Program-made: the position numbers and the translations under genes
Assembly: GCA_905205665.1 (NCBI GenBank)
Contig: CAJLEF010000002.1
Coordinates: forward strand, 85,050 to 149,049
DNA: 64,000 nt
From: an uncultured Bacillota bacterium
GTDB lineage: Bacteria; Bacillota_I; Bacilli_A; RF39; UBA660
Reading direction: 5' to 3'
Shown: positions 26,787 to 36,435 of the stretch, piece by piece
How the letters are laid out: each line of letters opens with the position of its first letter
Numbering within the stretch: the stretch's first letter is position 1
The notes under the pieces: generated by a model
Told to the model about the DNA's origin: nothing
The model's database searches: none
Seen by the model: the letters and a program-made list of their open reading frames with translations, nothing else

Positions 26787-26979
26787 TTAAATCAATATTA
26801 TCAATAGCTTCACTTATTTTATCAGTAGCTCTTTCATGATAAAGTTCTTTCATGTTATTTTCAAATTCTTTGTAAAGCATAGGGTTTCGATTTAAATATT
26901 TAAACCATTGTGAGTTTTCTTTTAAATATTGATACATTTTAGGGTTATCTTTTAATTGTTTTTGCAAAAATAAATCCAT
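26758..26979 (-). CDS. YlbE-like protein
   Basis: 73 aa. YLKENSQWFKYLNRNPMLYKEFE resembles the YlbE family (I-x-x-QP-x-WY-x-x-LSRNP). It pairs with a YlbD-like gene. Confidence 0.5.
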   Translation of the reverse strand: MDLFLQKQLKDNPKMYQYLKENSQWFKYLNRNPMLYKEFENNMKELYHERATDKISEAIDNIDLISSVLSSLK

Positions 26980-26981
26980 TT

Positions 26982-27332
26982 TTAATCCTCGAAAAAGTGA
27001 TTGATTGGTCTTGGCACTTTAGGAATAGCGGCAGTTAAAGGTGTGGTAGTCTCTGCCTTACCTGTTAACTCACTTACTAAATTCAAAGCTTTTTGTGCCG
27101 TTTTAATATGTTCTTGGATGGAATTCACATCAATATTTTTTAATTTATCCGTAATGTTTTCACTTAAGACCTCACTAGAAGAATTTAAATAAGGACTCCA
27201 AGCTTTATTATCTTCCCCATAAATATCATAAAGTTCATAAAAAGATTGCCAAGTCATTTTACCATCTTTGACATAAGAAACAAGTTCAGGATGCATTCTG
27301 GCAAAGTTTTTAAATAATTCTTTTTTATTCAT
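26982..27332 (-). CDS. YlbD-like (putative spore coat) protein
   Basis: 116 aa. FARMHPELVSYVKDGKMTWQSFYELYDIYGEDNKAW resembles the YlbD-like family. It lies immediately upstream of the ylbE-like gene. Confidence 0.5.
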   Translation of the reverse strand: MNKKELFKNFARMHPELVSYVKDGKMTWQSFYELYDIYGEDNKAWSPYLNSSSEVLSENITDKLKNIDVNSIQEHIKTAQKALNLVSELTGKAETTTPLTAAIPKVPRPINHFFED

Positions 27333-27369
27333 AAAAAATCACCTACTACATTGTATGCAGTAGGTGATT
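27333..27369 (-). terminator. 11-bp perfect hairpin plus U-tract after parC; its 3' arm contains the RBS of the ylbD-like gene
   Basis: Minus strand: AATCACCTACT-11 nt loop-AGTAGGTGATT-TTTTT-ATG(ylbD-like). Confidence 0.55.
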
Positions 27370-27373
27370 ATTT

Positions 27374-29866
27374 TTATAATTTAAAATCGTCTAAATCAAA
27401 ACTTACTTGAGTTGGTGATGGTTCTTCTTCTTTTTCACTTTCTAAAGGAATTTCTTTTGGTTGTTCTAATTCCACTTTTAAAAGGGTCATTAAAACTTTT
27501 TTCTTTGATACTAAAGAACCTGTACTATTAATATCCATGATGGGAATTTCTGTATTTTTTACATTTCCTTGAATATCTTCTCCAATGATGGTAATCTCTG
27601 ATTTTGCGGTTGTTTTCAAAACAGATACAATTTCATAATTGACACTTTTTACTTTTTTAAGTAAAGTAGCTCCTCTTTTAGCTCTACCCGTTAATACTAA
27701 ATCTGAAACTTTAATACGTTTCATCGTATTTTGATTTGTAAGAAGCGTTAAGTATTCTTCTTCATTTAAGGAAATGGTATCCATGACCTCGTCATCTTTT
27801 AAAATAATACCTTTGACTCCGATACCTCTTGTACCAACTAAAGGAATTTCTAAACGGTCAAAATAGCAATAATAACCATTCTTAGTTACCATCAAAACAT
27901 TTTTATCAGCTAAGATAGATGTAACAACTTCATCGTTTTCTTTTAATTTCATCGCTCCAATGGCTTTAGATGTTCGACTTACTTCGAAATCTTTCATCTT
28001 CGTTCTTTTAATCATTCCCATCTTTGTCACAGAGATAACTTCGCCATCACTTTGGTAAATCATAGCCGAAACTACTTTTTCTTCAGGGCTTAAACTTACC
28101 ACATTGTTAATGTGTTTGCCTAAATCTTTCCACTTTGCTTCAGGTATTTTATGAACAGGCATGAAAATATAATTGCCTAAGTTCGTAAAGAATAACAAAT
28201 TATCTTGAGTTGTGACATCAAATAAATGGGTCATATAATCTCCTGGTTTTAAAGTCGTTTCTTCTTTTCTCGCAGCATAGGCTTTGGCACTCATTTTTTT
28301 GACGTATCCTTCATGTGTTACCATAACAACAACATTTTCTTTAGGAATCATACTCTTCATATCAATTTTAAGTTCGGTAACATCAGCTTTTATCTCGGTT
28401 CTTCTTTCATCGCCGTATTCTTTTTTGATAACTTTAAGTTCTTGTTTCATAACATGTTTTAAAGCTTCTTCATTATTTAAAATTTGTTCCCAAACATACA
28501 TATCTTTTTCTAATTTAGCCATTTCATTTTGAATATCCACAATATCGGTATTGGTTAAACGATAAAGTTGTAAAGTAACGATAGCTTCCGCTTGTTCCAT
28601 AGTAAAAGCATATTCTTTGACTAAGTTTTCTTTCGCATCGGCTTTATTTTTACTTTTTCTAATCGTCCCAATAACTTCATCTAATATACTAATGGCTTTC
28701 ATTAAGCCTTCTAAAATATGAAAGCGAAGACGGGCGGCATCTAAATCAAATTTAGTTCTTCTTGTAATAACACTCTTTTGATGAGCAATAAAAGCGTCTA
28801 AGATTTCTAAGATACCGACAAGACGTGGTCTTCTATTTACAATTGCCACCATGTTAAAGTTGTAGTTAATTTGTAAATCTGTATTTTTTAAAAGATAATT
28901 TAAAATAAGCTCGGCATTGGCACCTTGTTTTAAATCAATCACAATTCTTGCCATATGTTCATGGTCTGATTCATCAATAACATCATTGATACCTTCAATT
29001 TTTTTATCAATTTTAATATCCATGATTTTCTTTATAAGTTGTTCTTTAATCACATCATAAGGAATCGAATGAACAATAATTTGTTTTTTTCCTTTTTCTT
29101 CAACGATTTCGGTTTTAGCTTTTAAAATAACTTTCCCTTTACCTGTTTTATAGGCTTCTACTAAGCCTTCTTTGCCTTCTATTACTCCAGCAGTTGGAAA
29201 ATCTGGACCTGGCATAATATTCATAATCGTTTCTAAAGTACAATTAGGAGATTCAATACGTTTAATCGTCGCATCAATGACTTCACTTAAATTATGAGTG
29301 GGAATATTAGTCGCATAACCCGCGGAAATACCAGTAGAACCATTTACCAAAAGATTAGGAAAATAAGCAGGTAAAACGGTTGGTTCTAACTCGGTATCAT
29401 CAAAGTTATAAGTCATTTCCACGGTATTTTTCTTAATACCTTCTAGCATGACTTCCGCAAATTTAGAAAGTCTTGCCTCGGTGTAACGCATCGCGGCGGC
29501 ACCATCACCATCAATCGAACCATTATTACCATGAATATCAATTAAAGTTTCTCGCATTTTCCAATTTTGACTCATTCTAATTAATGCATCATAAATAGAT
29601 GAATCACCATGTGGATGGAAATTACCCATAATATCTCCGACTGCTTTGGCACTCTTACGATATGGTTTATTATGGGTAAAGCCTGAAATATACATAGCAT
29701 ATAAAATACGCCGTTGGACTGGTTTTAAACCATCACGTACATCTGGTAAAGCTCTTTCTTGGATGATTTCTTTTGCATAACGACCAAAGCCTGTTTCCAT
29801 GATTTCTTCTAGGCTATATTCATATATTTTTTCAATAATTGTTTTTTCTTCTGTTTTCTTTGACAT
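27374..29866 (-). CDS. parC: DNA topoisomerase IV subunit A
   Basis: 830 aa. FGRYAKEIIQERALPDVRDGLKPVQRRILYAM is the ParC-type N-terminus (VQRR rather than the GyrA VHRR). No GyrA-box (QRRGGKG) was seen in the C-terminal domain. It follows parE. Confidence 0.85.
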   Translation of the reverse strand: MSKKTEEKTIIEKIYEYSLEEIMETGFGRYAKEIIQERALPDVRDGLKPVQRRILYAMYISGFTHNKPYRKSAKAVGDIMGNFHPHGDSSIYDALIRMSQNWKMRETLIDIHGNNGSIDGDGAAAMRYTEARLSKFAEVMLEGIKKNTVEMTYNFDDTELEPTVLPAYFPNLLVNGSTGISAGYATNIPTHNLSEVIDATIKRIESPNCTLETIMNIMPGPDFPTAGVIEGKEGLVEAYKTGKGKVILKAKTEIVEEKGKKQIIVHSIPYDVIKEQLIKKIMDIKIDKKIEGINDVIDESDHEHMARIVIDLKQGANAELILNYLLKNTDLQINYNFNMVAIVNRRPRLVGILEILDAFIAHQKSVITRRTKFDLDAARLRFHILEGLMKAISILDEVIGTIRKSKNKADAKENLVKEYAFTMEQAEAIVTLQLYRLTNTDIVDIQNEMAKLEKDMYVWEQILNNEEALKHVMKQELKVIKKEYGDERRTEIKADVTELKIDMKSMIPKENVVVMVTHEGYVKKMSAKAYAARKEETTLKPGDYMTHLFDVTTQDNLLFFTNLGNYIFMPVHKIPEAKWKDLGKHINNVVSLSPEEKVVSAMIYQSDGEVISVTKMGMIKRTKMKDFEVSRTSKAIGAMKLKENDEVVTSILADKNVLMVTKNGYYCYFDRLEIPLVGTRGIGVKGIILKDDEVMDTISLNEEEYLTLLTNQNTMKRIKVSDLVLTGRAKRGATLLKKVKSVNYEIVSVLKTTAKSEITIIGEDIQGNVKNTEIPIMDINSTGSLVSKKKVLMTLLKVELEQPKEIPLESEKEEEPSPTQVSFDLDDFKL

Positions 29867-29874
29867 CTTTTCAC

Positions 29875-31776
29875 CTACTTTCTAAAGTCATCTTCTAAGG
29901 TAAAGTCGACATTTTCATTAATCCATTCTTTTCTTGGCATTACTTCATCACCCATTAAAACATGGATTCTTTTTTCCGCAATTGCCGCATCGGTTAAAGT
30001 CACTCTTAAAAGTCTTCTATTATGTGGGTCCATCGTTGTTTCATAAAGTTCACTCGCATCCATTTCACCAAGACCTTTAAATCTTTGAATTTTATAATTG
30101 CCTTTTAAAGTCTTTTTCCTTTCTTCCAATTCTTCATCAGTGGCAATATATTCTTTACCCTTACCTGTTTCAATTGAGTATAAAGGAGGTGTCGCGATAT
30201 AAAGCATACCTTGTTCAATTAAAGGACGCATAAAACGGTAAAAGAAAGTGATTAATAAAATTTGGATATGTGAGCCATCGACATCGGCATCGGTCATGAT
30301 AATGATTTTGCCATAATTACTTTCTTTATAATCAAAGTCAGCCCCAAGACCTGCACCAATCGCATACTCAAGTTGTCTTAATTCAGCATTTCCCTCAATG
30401 TCTTTACTACTTGCTTTTTCACAGTTTAATACTTTACCACGAAGAGGCAAAATGGCTTGGGTTTCGCGGTTACGATGCGATTTAGCAGAACCACCGGCAC
30501 TATCTCCTTCGACCAAGAAAAGTTCATTTTTCATAAAGTTTTTACCCGTTGCTTTGGCAAGTTTCTCACTAAGAACTCTTTCTTTATTACTCTTCGTCGT
30601 TCCTTTACGAACACTCTCACGAGCTTTACGAGCGGCTTCACGAGCCATTTTACTTTTTTGAGCTTTTTCTAAAATACTTAAAGCGGTATCTTTATTTTCT
30701 TCTAAAAAGAATTTTAAACTTTCATAGGTAACGCCTTCGACAGCACTTCTCGCTTCTGGGGTACCTAGTTTTCCTTTTGTTTGACCTTCAAATTGTAAAA
30801 GCTCTTCAGGAATTTTAACTGAAATAACCGCGGTCAAACCTTCTCTTACATCACTACCATCTAAAGAAACGTCTTTACCTTTTAAAACATTATTATTTTT
30901 AACATAATCATTAAAGGCTTTCGTAATACCTGTTTTAAACCCGACTTCATGCGTACCACCGTCACTCGTTTTAACGTTGTTAACAAACGATAAAATTTGT
31001 TCATTATAAGAATCGGTATATTGCATAGCAATATCAACTTCAATCTTACTTTTAACATTATCAAAATGAATGACTTTACTTAAAGGAGCCTTATTTTCAT
31101 TGATGTATTCCACGAATGAAATAATCCCGTTTTCATAATGGTATTTGTTACTTAAATTATCTTCTTCATCAATAATTTCAATGGTTACATTGGAAAGTAA
31201 AAAAGCACTTTCTTGCATTCTTTCACAAATGGTCGTAAAAGAAAAATTACAATTTTTAAATATTTCTTTATCGGGTAAGAAAGTAACAGTTGTTCCTGTT
31301 TTTTTTGTTTCCCCAATTTGATGCAAAGGAGTTTTAACATGTCCACCCTTTTCAAATTCAATTTGGCTAATTTTTCCTTCTCGACAAATAGTGACTTCCA
31401 TGTAAGTAGATAAAGCATTTACAACAGAACCACCAACTCCGTGAAGTCCTCCGGATACTTTATAACCGGCATTTTCAAATTTACCACCGGCATGTAAAAC
31501 CGTATAAATAACTTCCGGCGTACTTTTACCACTTTCATGCATACCAATAGGTACACCACGACCATTATCAGAAACGGTGATAGAACCGTCTTTGTGCATC
31601 ACAATTTTAATGGTATCGCCATAACCATTAATAATTTCATCAATGGAGTTATCGACAATTTCCCAAACTAAATGGTGCATACCTCTTTTATCTGTTGAAC
31701 CAATATACATACCTGGTCTTTTTCTGACGGCCTCAAGTCCCTCTAAAATTTTAATAGAATGTTCATCATATGCCAT
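29875..31776 (-). CDS. parE: DNA topoisomerase IV subunit B
   Basis: 633 aa with the GHKL ATPase N-terminus (LEGLEAVRKRPGMYIGST) and the Toprim motifs EGDSAGG and DADVDGSHI. It is paired with parC. Confidence 0.85.
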   Translation of the reverse strand: MAYDEHSIKILEGLEAVRKRPGMYIGSTDKRGMHHLVWEIVDNSIDEIINGYGDTIKIVMHKDGSITVSDNGRGVPIGMHESGKSTPEVIYTVLHAGGKFENAGYKVSGGLHGVGGSVVNALSTYMEVTICREGKISQIEFEKGGHVKTPLHQIGETKKTGTTVTFLPDKEIFKNCNFSFTTICERMQESAFLLSNVTIEIIDEEDNLSNKYHYENGIISFVEYINENKAPLSKVIHFDNVKSKIEVDIAMQYTDSYNEQILSFVNNVKTSDGGTHEVGFKTGITKAFNDYVKNNNVLKGKDVSLDGSDVREGLTAVISVKIPEELLQFEGQTKGKLGTPEARSAVEGVTYESLKFFLEENKDTALSILEKAQKSKMAREAARKARESVRKGTTKSNKERVLSEKLAKATGKNFMKNELFLVEGDSAGGSAKSHRNRETQAILPLRGKVLNCEKASSKDIEGNAELRQLEYAIGAGLGADFDYKESNYGKIIIMTDADVDGSHIQILLITFFYRFMRPLIEQGMLYIATPPLYSIETGKGKEYIATDEELEERKKTLKGNYKIQRFKGLGEMDASELYETTMDPHNRRLLRVTLTDAAIAEKRIHVLMGDEVMPRKEWINENVDFTLEDDFRK

Positions 31777-31860
31777 ATTATCACCTCTCTAAAGTTTCTA
31801 AACCTAGTCCAGTATATCATTAAAGCGCCCTTTTTTTCAAGGAAGAAGCGCATTTTCTTA

Positions 31861-31895
31861 AAAAGAAAAACTACAGACAAACCGTTTATCTGTAG
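31861..31895 (-). terminator. rho-independent terminator after nrnA
   Basis: Minus strand: CTACAGA-11 nt loop-TCTGTAG-TTTTTCTTTT. Confidence 0.55.
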
Positions 31896-31903
31896 AATTT
31901 AAC

Positions 31904-32878
31904 TTAATCTATTTTTAAAGTTTCTTTTTTATAAGTTTGACAAACTTCGTCTAAATCTTTTAATAAATTATCAATGTCTTCTTTACTTTTCGTTCGAACA
32001 CCAGAAGCCATTTTATGACCTCCTCCATGATAACGAGCCGCGATTTCATTGATAACAGGTCCTTTACTACGAATATTTACTTTGTATATTTCTTGCTTTT
32101 CATCATAAGTAACAAACGTCCAAACATAAATATCCTTAATAAAATTAAAATCGTTAATCATATTAGAGGCTGTCGAAGAATCAACACCATACTTTTTAAC
32201 ATCTTCCGCTGAAATATTTAAGTAACCAAACCCATTTTCAGTCACAATCATATTAGAAGATAGAAAACCTCTAAACCTAACTTCTTCTAAAGGTCTTTCA
32301 TATAATTTTTCATAACATTTAGTAAAGTCAAGATGCGTTCTTTTTAAAAGTTTTGTGACAATATCAAAGGTATCTATGGAAGTATAAGAAAGTAAGAAAC
32401 GGTCACTATCTGAAACAATACCTAAAAATAAATTTTCAGCCACCTTAGAAGATATCTCATAATTACTCGTTAATAAAAGTTCGGCAATCATTTGACAAGT
32501 ACTTGAAGCTTTATCATTTACCCATTCCAAGCCATGAAAATCTTCCTCAAAAGGATGATGATCAATTTTAATCACTTCTTTATATTTGAAGTTTTCAATC
32601 CCATCGACACGGTAGAAGTTTGGAACATCTAAAGTAATTAATAAAGCGTTTGTAAGTTTCGATGTATCTACTCTGTCTAAAAGACCATATTTTTTAAATT
32701 TTGAAACACCTGCACCTACTGCATAAACATGTTTTTTAGGATATTTTTCTAAAATGGCATCCCGCATGGCTATTTGACTACAAATAGCGTCTGGGTCAGG
32801 TCCAATATGACGAGCAAGAACAATCGTGTCGTATTGTTTTATTTTTTTTAGTATTTTTTTCATGATGTTTGTATTCAT
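31904..32878 (-). CDS. nrnA: DHH/DHHA1 phosphoesterase, oligoribonuclease/pAp phosphatase NrnA-like
   Basis: 324 aa with the motifs HIGPDPDA, DHH (KIDHHP) and GGGH (DHHA1). Confidence 0.8.
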   Translation of the reverse strand: MNTNIMKKILKKIKQYDTIVLARHIGPDPDAICSQIAMRDAILEKYPKKHVYAVGAGVSKFKKYGLLDRVDTSKLTNALLITLDVPNFYRVDGIENFKYKEVIKIDHHPFEEDFHGLEWVNDKASSTCQMIAELLLTSNYEISSKVAENLFLGIVSDSDRFLLSYTSIDTFDIVTKLLKRTHLDFTKCYEKLYERPLEEVRFRGFLSSNMIVTENGFGYLNISAEDVKKYGVDSSTASNMINDFNFIKDIYVWTFVTYDEKQEIYKVNIRSKGPVINEIAARYHGGGHKMASGVRTKSKEDIDNLLKDLDEVCQTYKKETLKID

Positions 32879-32902
32879 CTGGTTCCCCCGCTTCTACTTT
32901 TA

Positions 32903-34105
32903 TTATTTATTTTCTTTCGCGTATGAAAAAGCATCACGAGCAATCATTACTTCTTCATCAGTTGGTACAACGTATACATCAATGGTAGAATCATCGGTAG
33001 TAATTTTACCTTCATGAATATCATGGTAACTTGCAATTTGTTCATTAAATTCATAATTACATTTAACACCCATGAATTTTAATTTATTTAAAATTTCTTT
33101 ACGTTCATAAGCCCCATTTTCACCAACACCTGCCGTTAAAATAATGGCATCGCATCCTTCAAGTTCAAAATAGTATTTAGCAATATAATCTACAATTCTT
33201 CTTGTAAACATATCCATTACTTTTAAGGCTGTTGGATCATTTTGTTTACATCCATCATAAATATCACGCATATCACTATAACCATTAGATAAAGCATAAA
33301 CGCCGCTTTCTTTATTTAAAACATGATTAATTTCTTCGGTACTTAAGCCTGTTTTTTCCATAATATAAGGAATAATTGTGGCATCGATATCCCCACAGCG
33401 TGTTCCCATGATAAGACCCGCATTAGGCGTAAATCCCATAGAAGTATTAACACATTTACCATTTTTAGTAGCCGTAATACTTGCCCCAGAACCAATGTGA
33501 CAAATAATAAGTTTTAAATCATCACGTCCTAATTTTTGAGCCATATATTCTGCAATATAACGATGGCTTGTACCATGAGCCCCATATTTTCTAACTCCAT
33601 ATTTTTGGTACCATTCCATTGGAAGAGCATATAAATAATTTTCTTCTTTCATGGTTTGATGAAAAGCAGTATCAAAAACAACAACTTCTGTCGCATTTGG
33701 AACTACTTCTTTTGCAGCTTTAATACCTAAAACAGCTGCAGGATTATGTAAAGGAGCAAGAGAACTTAAAGAAGCAATATCTTCGATAACTTCATCAGTA
33801 GCTACGACACTCTTATTATAATGATCAGCTCCTTGAACAACCCGGTGGCCAATTCCTTCAATTTCATCTAAACTTAAAACTATTTTATGACTTAATAATT
33901 CTTCAATAAGTAAGGAAAAAGCATCGGTATGACTTTTTAATTCGACTTCTTTTTTTTCTTTCATACCGTTATACTTGATAGTATAAAAACTTCCAGAAAT
34001 ACCTATTCTTTCAAAGTATCCACTCATCAAAACCTTTTCTTCTGGCATCTCAAAAGCTGTAAACTTTAATGAAGATGAACCAGCATTTACTGATAATATT
34101 TTCAT
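32903..34105 (-). CDS. ackA: acetate kinase
   Basis: 400 aa. MKILSVNAGSSSLKF N-terminus, HRVVQG, and GHGTSH-like and TAGVGENG motifs. Confidence 0.95.
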   Translation of the reverse strand: MKILSVNAGSSSLKFTAFEMPEEKVLMSGYFERIGISGSFYTIKYNGMKEKKEVELKSHTDAFSLLIEELLSHKIVLSLDEIEGIGHRVVQGADHYNKSVVATDEVIEDIASLSSLAPLHNPAAVLGIKAAKEVVPNATEVVVFDTAFHQTMKEENYLYALPMEWYQKYGVRKYGAHGTSHRYIAEYMAQKLGRDDLKLIICHIGSGASITATKNGKCVNTSMGFTPNAGLIMGTRCGDIDATIIPYIMEKTGLSTEEINHVLNKESGVYALSNGYSDMRDIYDGCKQNDPTALKVMDMFTRRIVDYIAKYYFELEGCDAIILTAGVGENGAYERKEILNKLKFMGVKCNYEFNEQIASYHDIHEGKITTDDSTIDVYVVPTDEEVMIARDAFSYAKENK

Positions 34106-34178
34106 AATTTTTCAACTCCTATATATAATATATCAGAAAACAGGCATTTTTACCATTAAAAAAAGAGAAAAACTCTCT

Positions 34179-34322
34179 TTATAAACAAGTTGGCCCTGTG
34201 CCAACATTTCGAGTTAGTTTTGCTCTATCTTCAAAAATCATTGTAAAGTCATCATAAGAATTTAATAAAGTTTCTTTATCTAACTTACTTTTACTTGTTT
34301 CCCAAATATCTATCTTTTTCAT
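34179..34322 (-). CDS. possible 47-aa protein (MKKIDIWETSKSKLDKETLLNSYDDFTMIFEDRAKLTRNVGTGPTCL)
   Basis: Short ORF not in the track. It is followed immediately by a hairpin plus T-run (about 34160-34182, minus strand). No homolog recognised. Confidence 0.3.
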   Translation of the reverse strand: MKKIDIWETSKSKLDKETLLNSYDDFTMIFEDRAKLTRNVGTGPTCL

Positions 34323-34387
34323 AAGATCACCTAACTTTATTATGTATAAAATATTCTTTTCTATACATTTTAATAAGGGTGAAATAA

Positions 34388-34531
34388 ATGAATTATTTTA
34401 ATCAAGAAATCAAATGTACTGTTTCTAATTGCAAGTATTTTAACGCTGGAAAGCAAAGATGCATTCTAGGCTCTATTTTAATAGGTCAAGATAACTTTAA
34501 AACCACTTGTGAAAGTTTCGAAGAAAAATAA
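34388..34531 (+). CDS. DUF1540-type small Cys-rich protein (47 aa, not in the ORF track)
   Basis: MNYFNQEIKCTVSNCKYFNAGKQRCILGSILIGQDNFKTTCESFEEK shows the pattern C-x-V-x-x-C...C......T-x-C-x-(T/S)-F typical of DUF1540. The RBS is AAGGGTGA. Confidence 0.55.
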   Translation: MNYFNQEIKCTVSNCKYFNAGKQRCILGSILIGQDNFKTTCESFEEK

Positions 34532-34555
34532 AGAGCTCTATTCTTTATTTTTTTC
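34522..34555. terminator. bidirectional hairpin between the convergent DUF1540 and glycosyltransferase genes
   Basis: AATAAAGA-7 nt loop-TCTTTATT, flanked by an A-rich run on one side and a T-run on the other. It overlaps both stop codons. Confidence 0.45.
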
Positions 34556-35701
34556 ATGTTTAATTTCTTCCCAACCTAAGCTCGGATGAATTAAACACCT
34601 TAAAAAAGCATGCAAATAAGAAAACATAAATATTGGATGATAAAATAACACTTGAAAATATAATTTTTTACTTAATTTTGTTTCTTTTTGAAATAAATAT
34701 AAATAATAAATTGTACAAAGAAAAAAAATAAAGTAAAATAAAAGAGGAAGAAAAATAATACTTTTAAAACCAGTTAAATACATTACCCAGAAAACAAGAC
34801 CAAAAAGATAACACAAATAAGGAATAATTCCTAAATACATTTGCATAATTGCTCCTTTATTAGAAGGATTTTCTTTTAATTTAGCTTTTAATAATTTGTG
34901 ATAATAAAAATAATTTTGAAAATAGCCTTTTATCCAACGACTTCTTTGTTTAATACTTTTTTGATAATCTTCTGGTTGTTCATCATAAAATTTAGCCTTT
35001 TCATTATAATGAACGGAAATATTTTCTAAAGTGTAATATAAAGAACTTTCATAATCTTCTGTCAAAGAATGAAAAGGAAATGTTTGCCATTTTTGAATAT
35101 ATTCTCCACTGATATAATAGCCTGTTCCTGATAAAATCTTAGCTCCTTTTTGGTTACGAAAACTATTTATAAAAGTAAAGGTAAGCCCAGCACAGATAGG
35201 AAAATAACTTTTCTTATTTTTTAAAGCTCGGTAACCTGTAGAAATATCATAACCTTCACAATAATCTTCAATCATATATTTTAAATAATCTTTATCTAAG
35301 ATGTTATCGGCATCAAAAATAAAATACATATCATATATTTTGTTTTGATGGCACAAATACTCAACTATTTCTTGTAAAGCATATCCTTTAGTTTTTAACT
35401 CTAGGTTTTGCCTTACAAAATAGTTCATGTGATGTTTTTTGGTAATCGCAACCGTTTTATCTTGTTCATCTTCCACGATGACATAGACATCTTTCAAGAT
35501 AGAAGATGACTGATTTTCAATAGAGATAAGAAGACTTTCAATAACTTTAGATTCATTACGAGCTGGTATTAAGATGGCTATCCTTTCAGGCGCTTTCCTT
35601 ACTTTTTTCTTTAAAGGTTCATCTTTCTTTAAAAGGATACTAACCGAAGTAGAAAGAAATAAGCCTAATAAAAAAAAGGCCAAAGAAACCCAAGCGGTCA
35701 T
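34538..35701 (-). CDS. membrane-embedded family-2 glycosyltransferase (processive type)
   Basis: 387 aa. N-terminal TM, then ILIPARNES, DADN and QRSRWIKG (Q-x-x-RW), followed by 3-4 C-terminal TM helices. Confidence 0.8.
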   Translation of the reverse strand: MTAWVSLAFFLLGLFLSTSVSILLKKDEPLKKKVRKAPERIAILIPARNESKVIESLLISIENQSSSILKDVYVIVEDEQDKTVAITKKHHMNYFVRQNLELKTKGYALQEIVEYLCHQNKIYDMYFIFDADNILDKDYLKYMIEDYCEGYDISTGYRALKNKKSYFPICAGLTFTFINSFRNQKGAKILSGTGYYISGEYIQKWQTFPFHSLTEDYESSLYYTLENISVHYNEKAKFYDEQPEDYQKSIKQRSRWIKGYFQNYFYYHKLLKAKLKENPSNKGAIMQMYLGIIPYLCYLFGLVFWVMYLTGFKSIIFLPLLFYFIFFLCTIYYLYLFQKETKLSKKLYFQVLFYHPIFMFSYLHAFLRCLIHPSLGWEEIKHEKNKE

Positions 35702-36378
35702 TTTTGCACCTCAATAATTACCATATTTGTATAGCTTTCCTTTAGTTTTTCATCTGGATAATAAGTATCAAAAAATCTACCTACAAAACTTATAGGTTGT
35801 ATCCCATTATGTCTTAAAGTTTGTCTTATAAGAGCCCCCCATGACACGGTAAAATCAGCTATTAAAATAACTAATAATGTTTTGGTAAGAATCGTCCCAA
35901 ATTTAATAGGAAAAGACTCAACAATGTTAGATATTAAAGGATAAACTACTTTAACAAGTAAAAGAGCAAGTAATCCCCAAACAAAAGCATAAGGAATGGT
36001 TGTTCGCCCATTAATGTTTAAAAATTCATTCGTATAATCCCAACTAACAGTTCCTAAAAAAGTTTCTTGTAAAAAGGAAATTAAGTACTCAAAACCTCCT
36101 CCAAGTAAAGCCCCATAAAAAATTGTTTGATAATCTGGTCTTTTTTTTCGGCCTAAAATTGCTATCATTAAAACGGCGCCCATACCGTAAATAGGACTAA
36201 TAGGTCCATATATAACACCTCTTCTTAGTTGCCAAACAAGTTCATGATGATAGTGAAAATGTATAACTAAATTTAAGATTTCTTCATAATAAGCACCAAA
36301 AACACAACCTACTAAAAAGATCCAAAACATTTTGTAAAAACACATTCCACTGGCAAATTTTTGTTCATCTTTAGCCAT
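35698..36378 (-). CDS. polytopic membrane protein, 'putative ABC-transporter type IV' (CmpB/PF06541-like)
   Basis: 226 aa with about 6 TM helices. The IYGPISPIYGMGAV motif resembles that family. It overlaps the GT2 start by 4 nt. Confidence 0.5.
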   Translation of the reverse strand: MAKDEQKFASGMCFYKMFWIFLVGCVFGAYYEEILNLVIHFHYHHELVWQLRRGVIYGPISPIYGMGAVLMIAILGRKKRPDYQTIFYGALLGGGFEYLISFLQETFLGTVSWDYTNEFLNINGRTTIPYAFVWGLLALLLVKVVYPLISNIVESFPIKFGTILTKTLLVILIADFTVSWGALIRQTLRHNGIQPISFVGRFFDTYYPDEKLKESYTNMVIIEVQK

Positions 36379-36435
36379 AATAATACCTCAAATCTGCATT
36401 TATTTTATCATGAATTTAGAGGATTGTAAATTTTT

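Noticed and set aside
27374-31776. Alternative call of this gene pair as gyrB-gyrA
   Set aside because: The A subunit has the ParC-type N-terminus (FGRY.K.IIQ.RALPDVRDGLKPVQRR) and no GyrA-box heptapeptide in the C-terminal domain. No dnaA/dnaN/recF context is present. The call remains a motif-based judgement, not a phylogeny.
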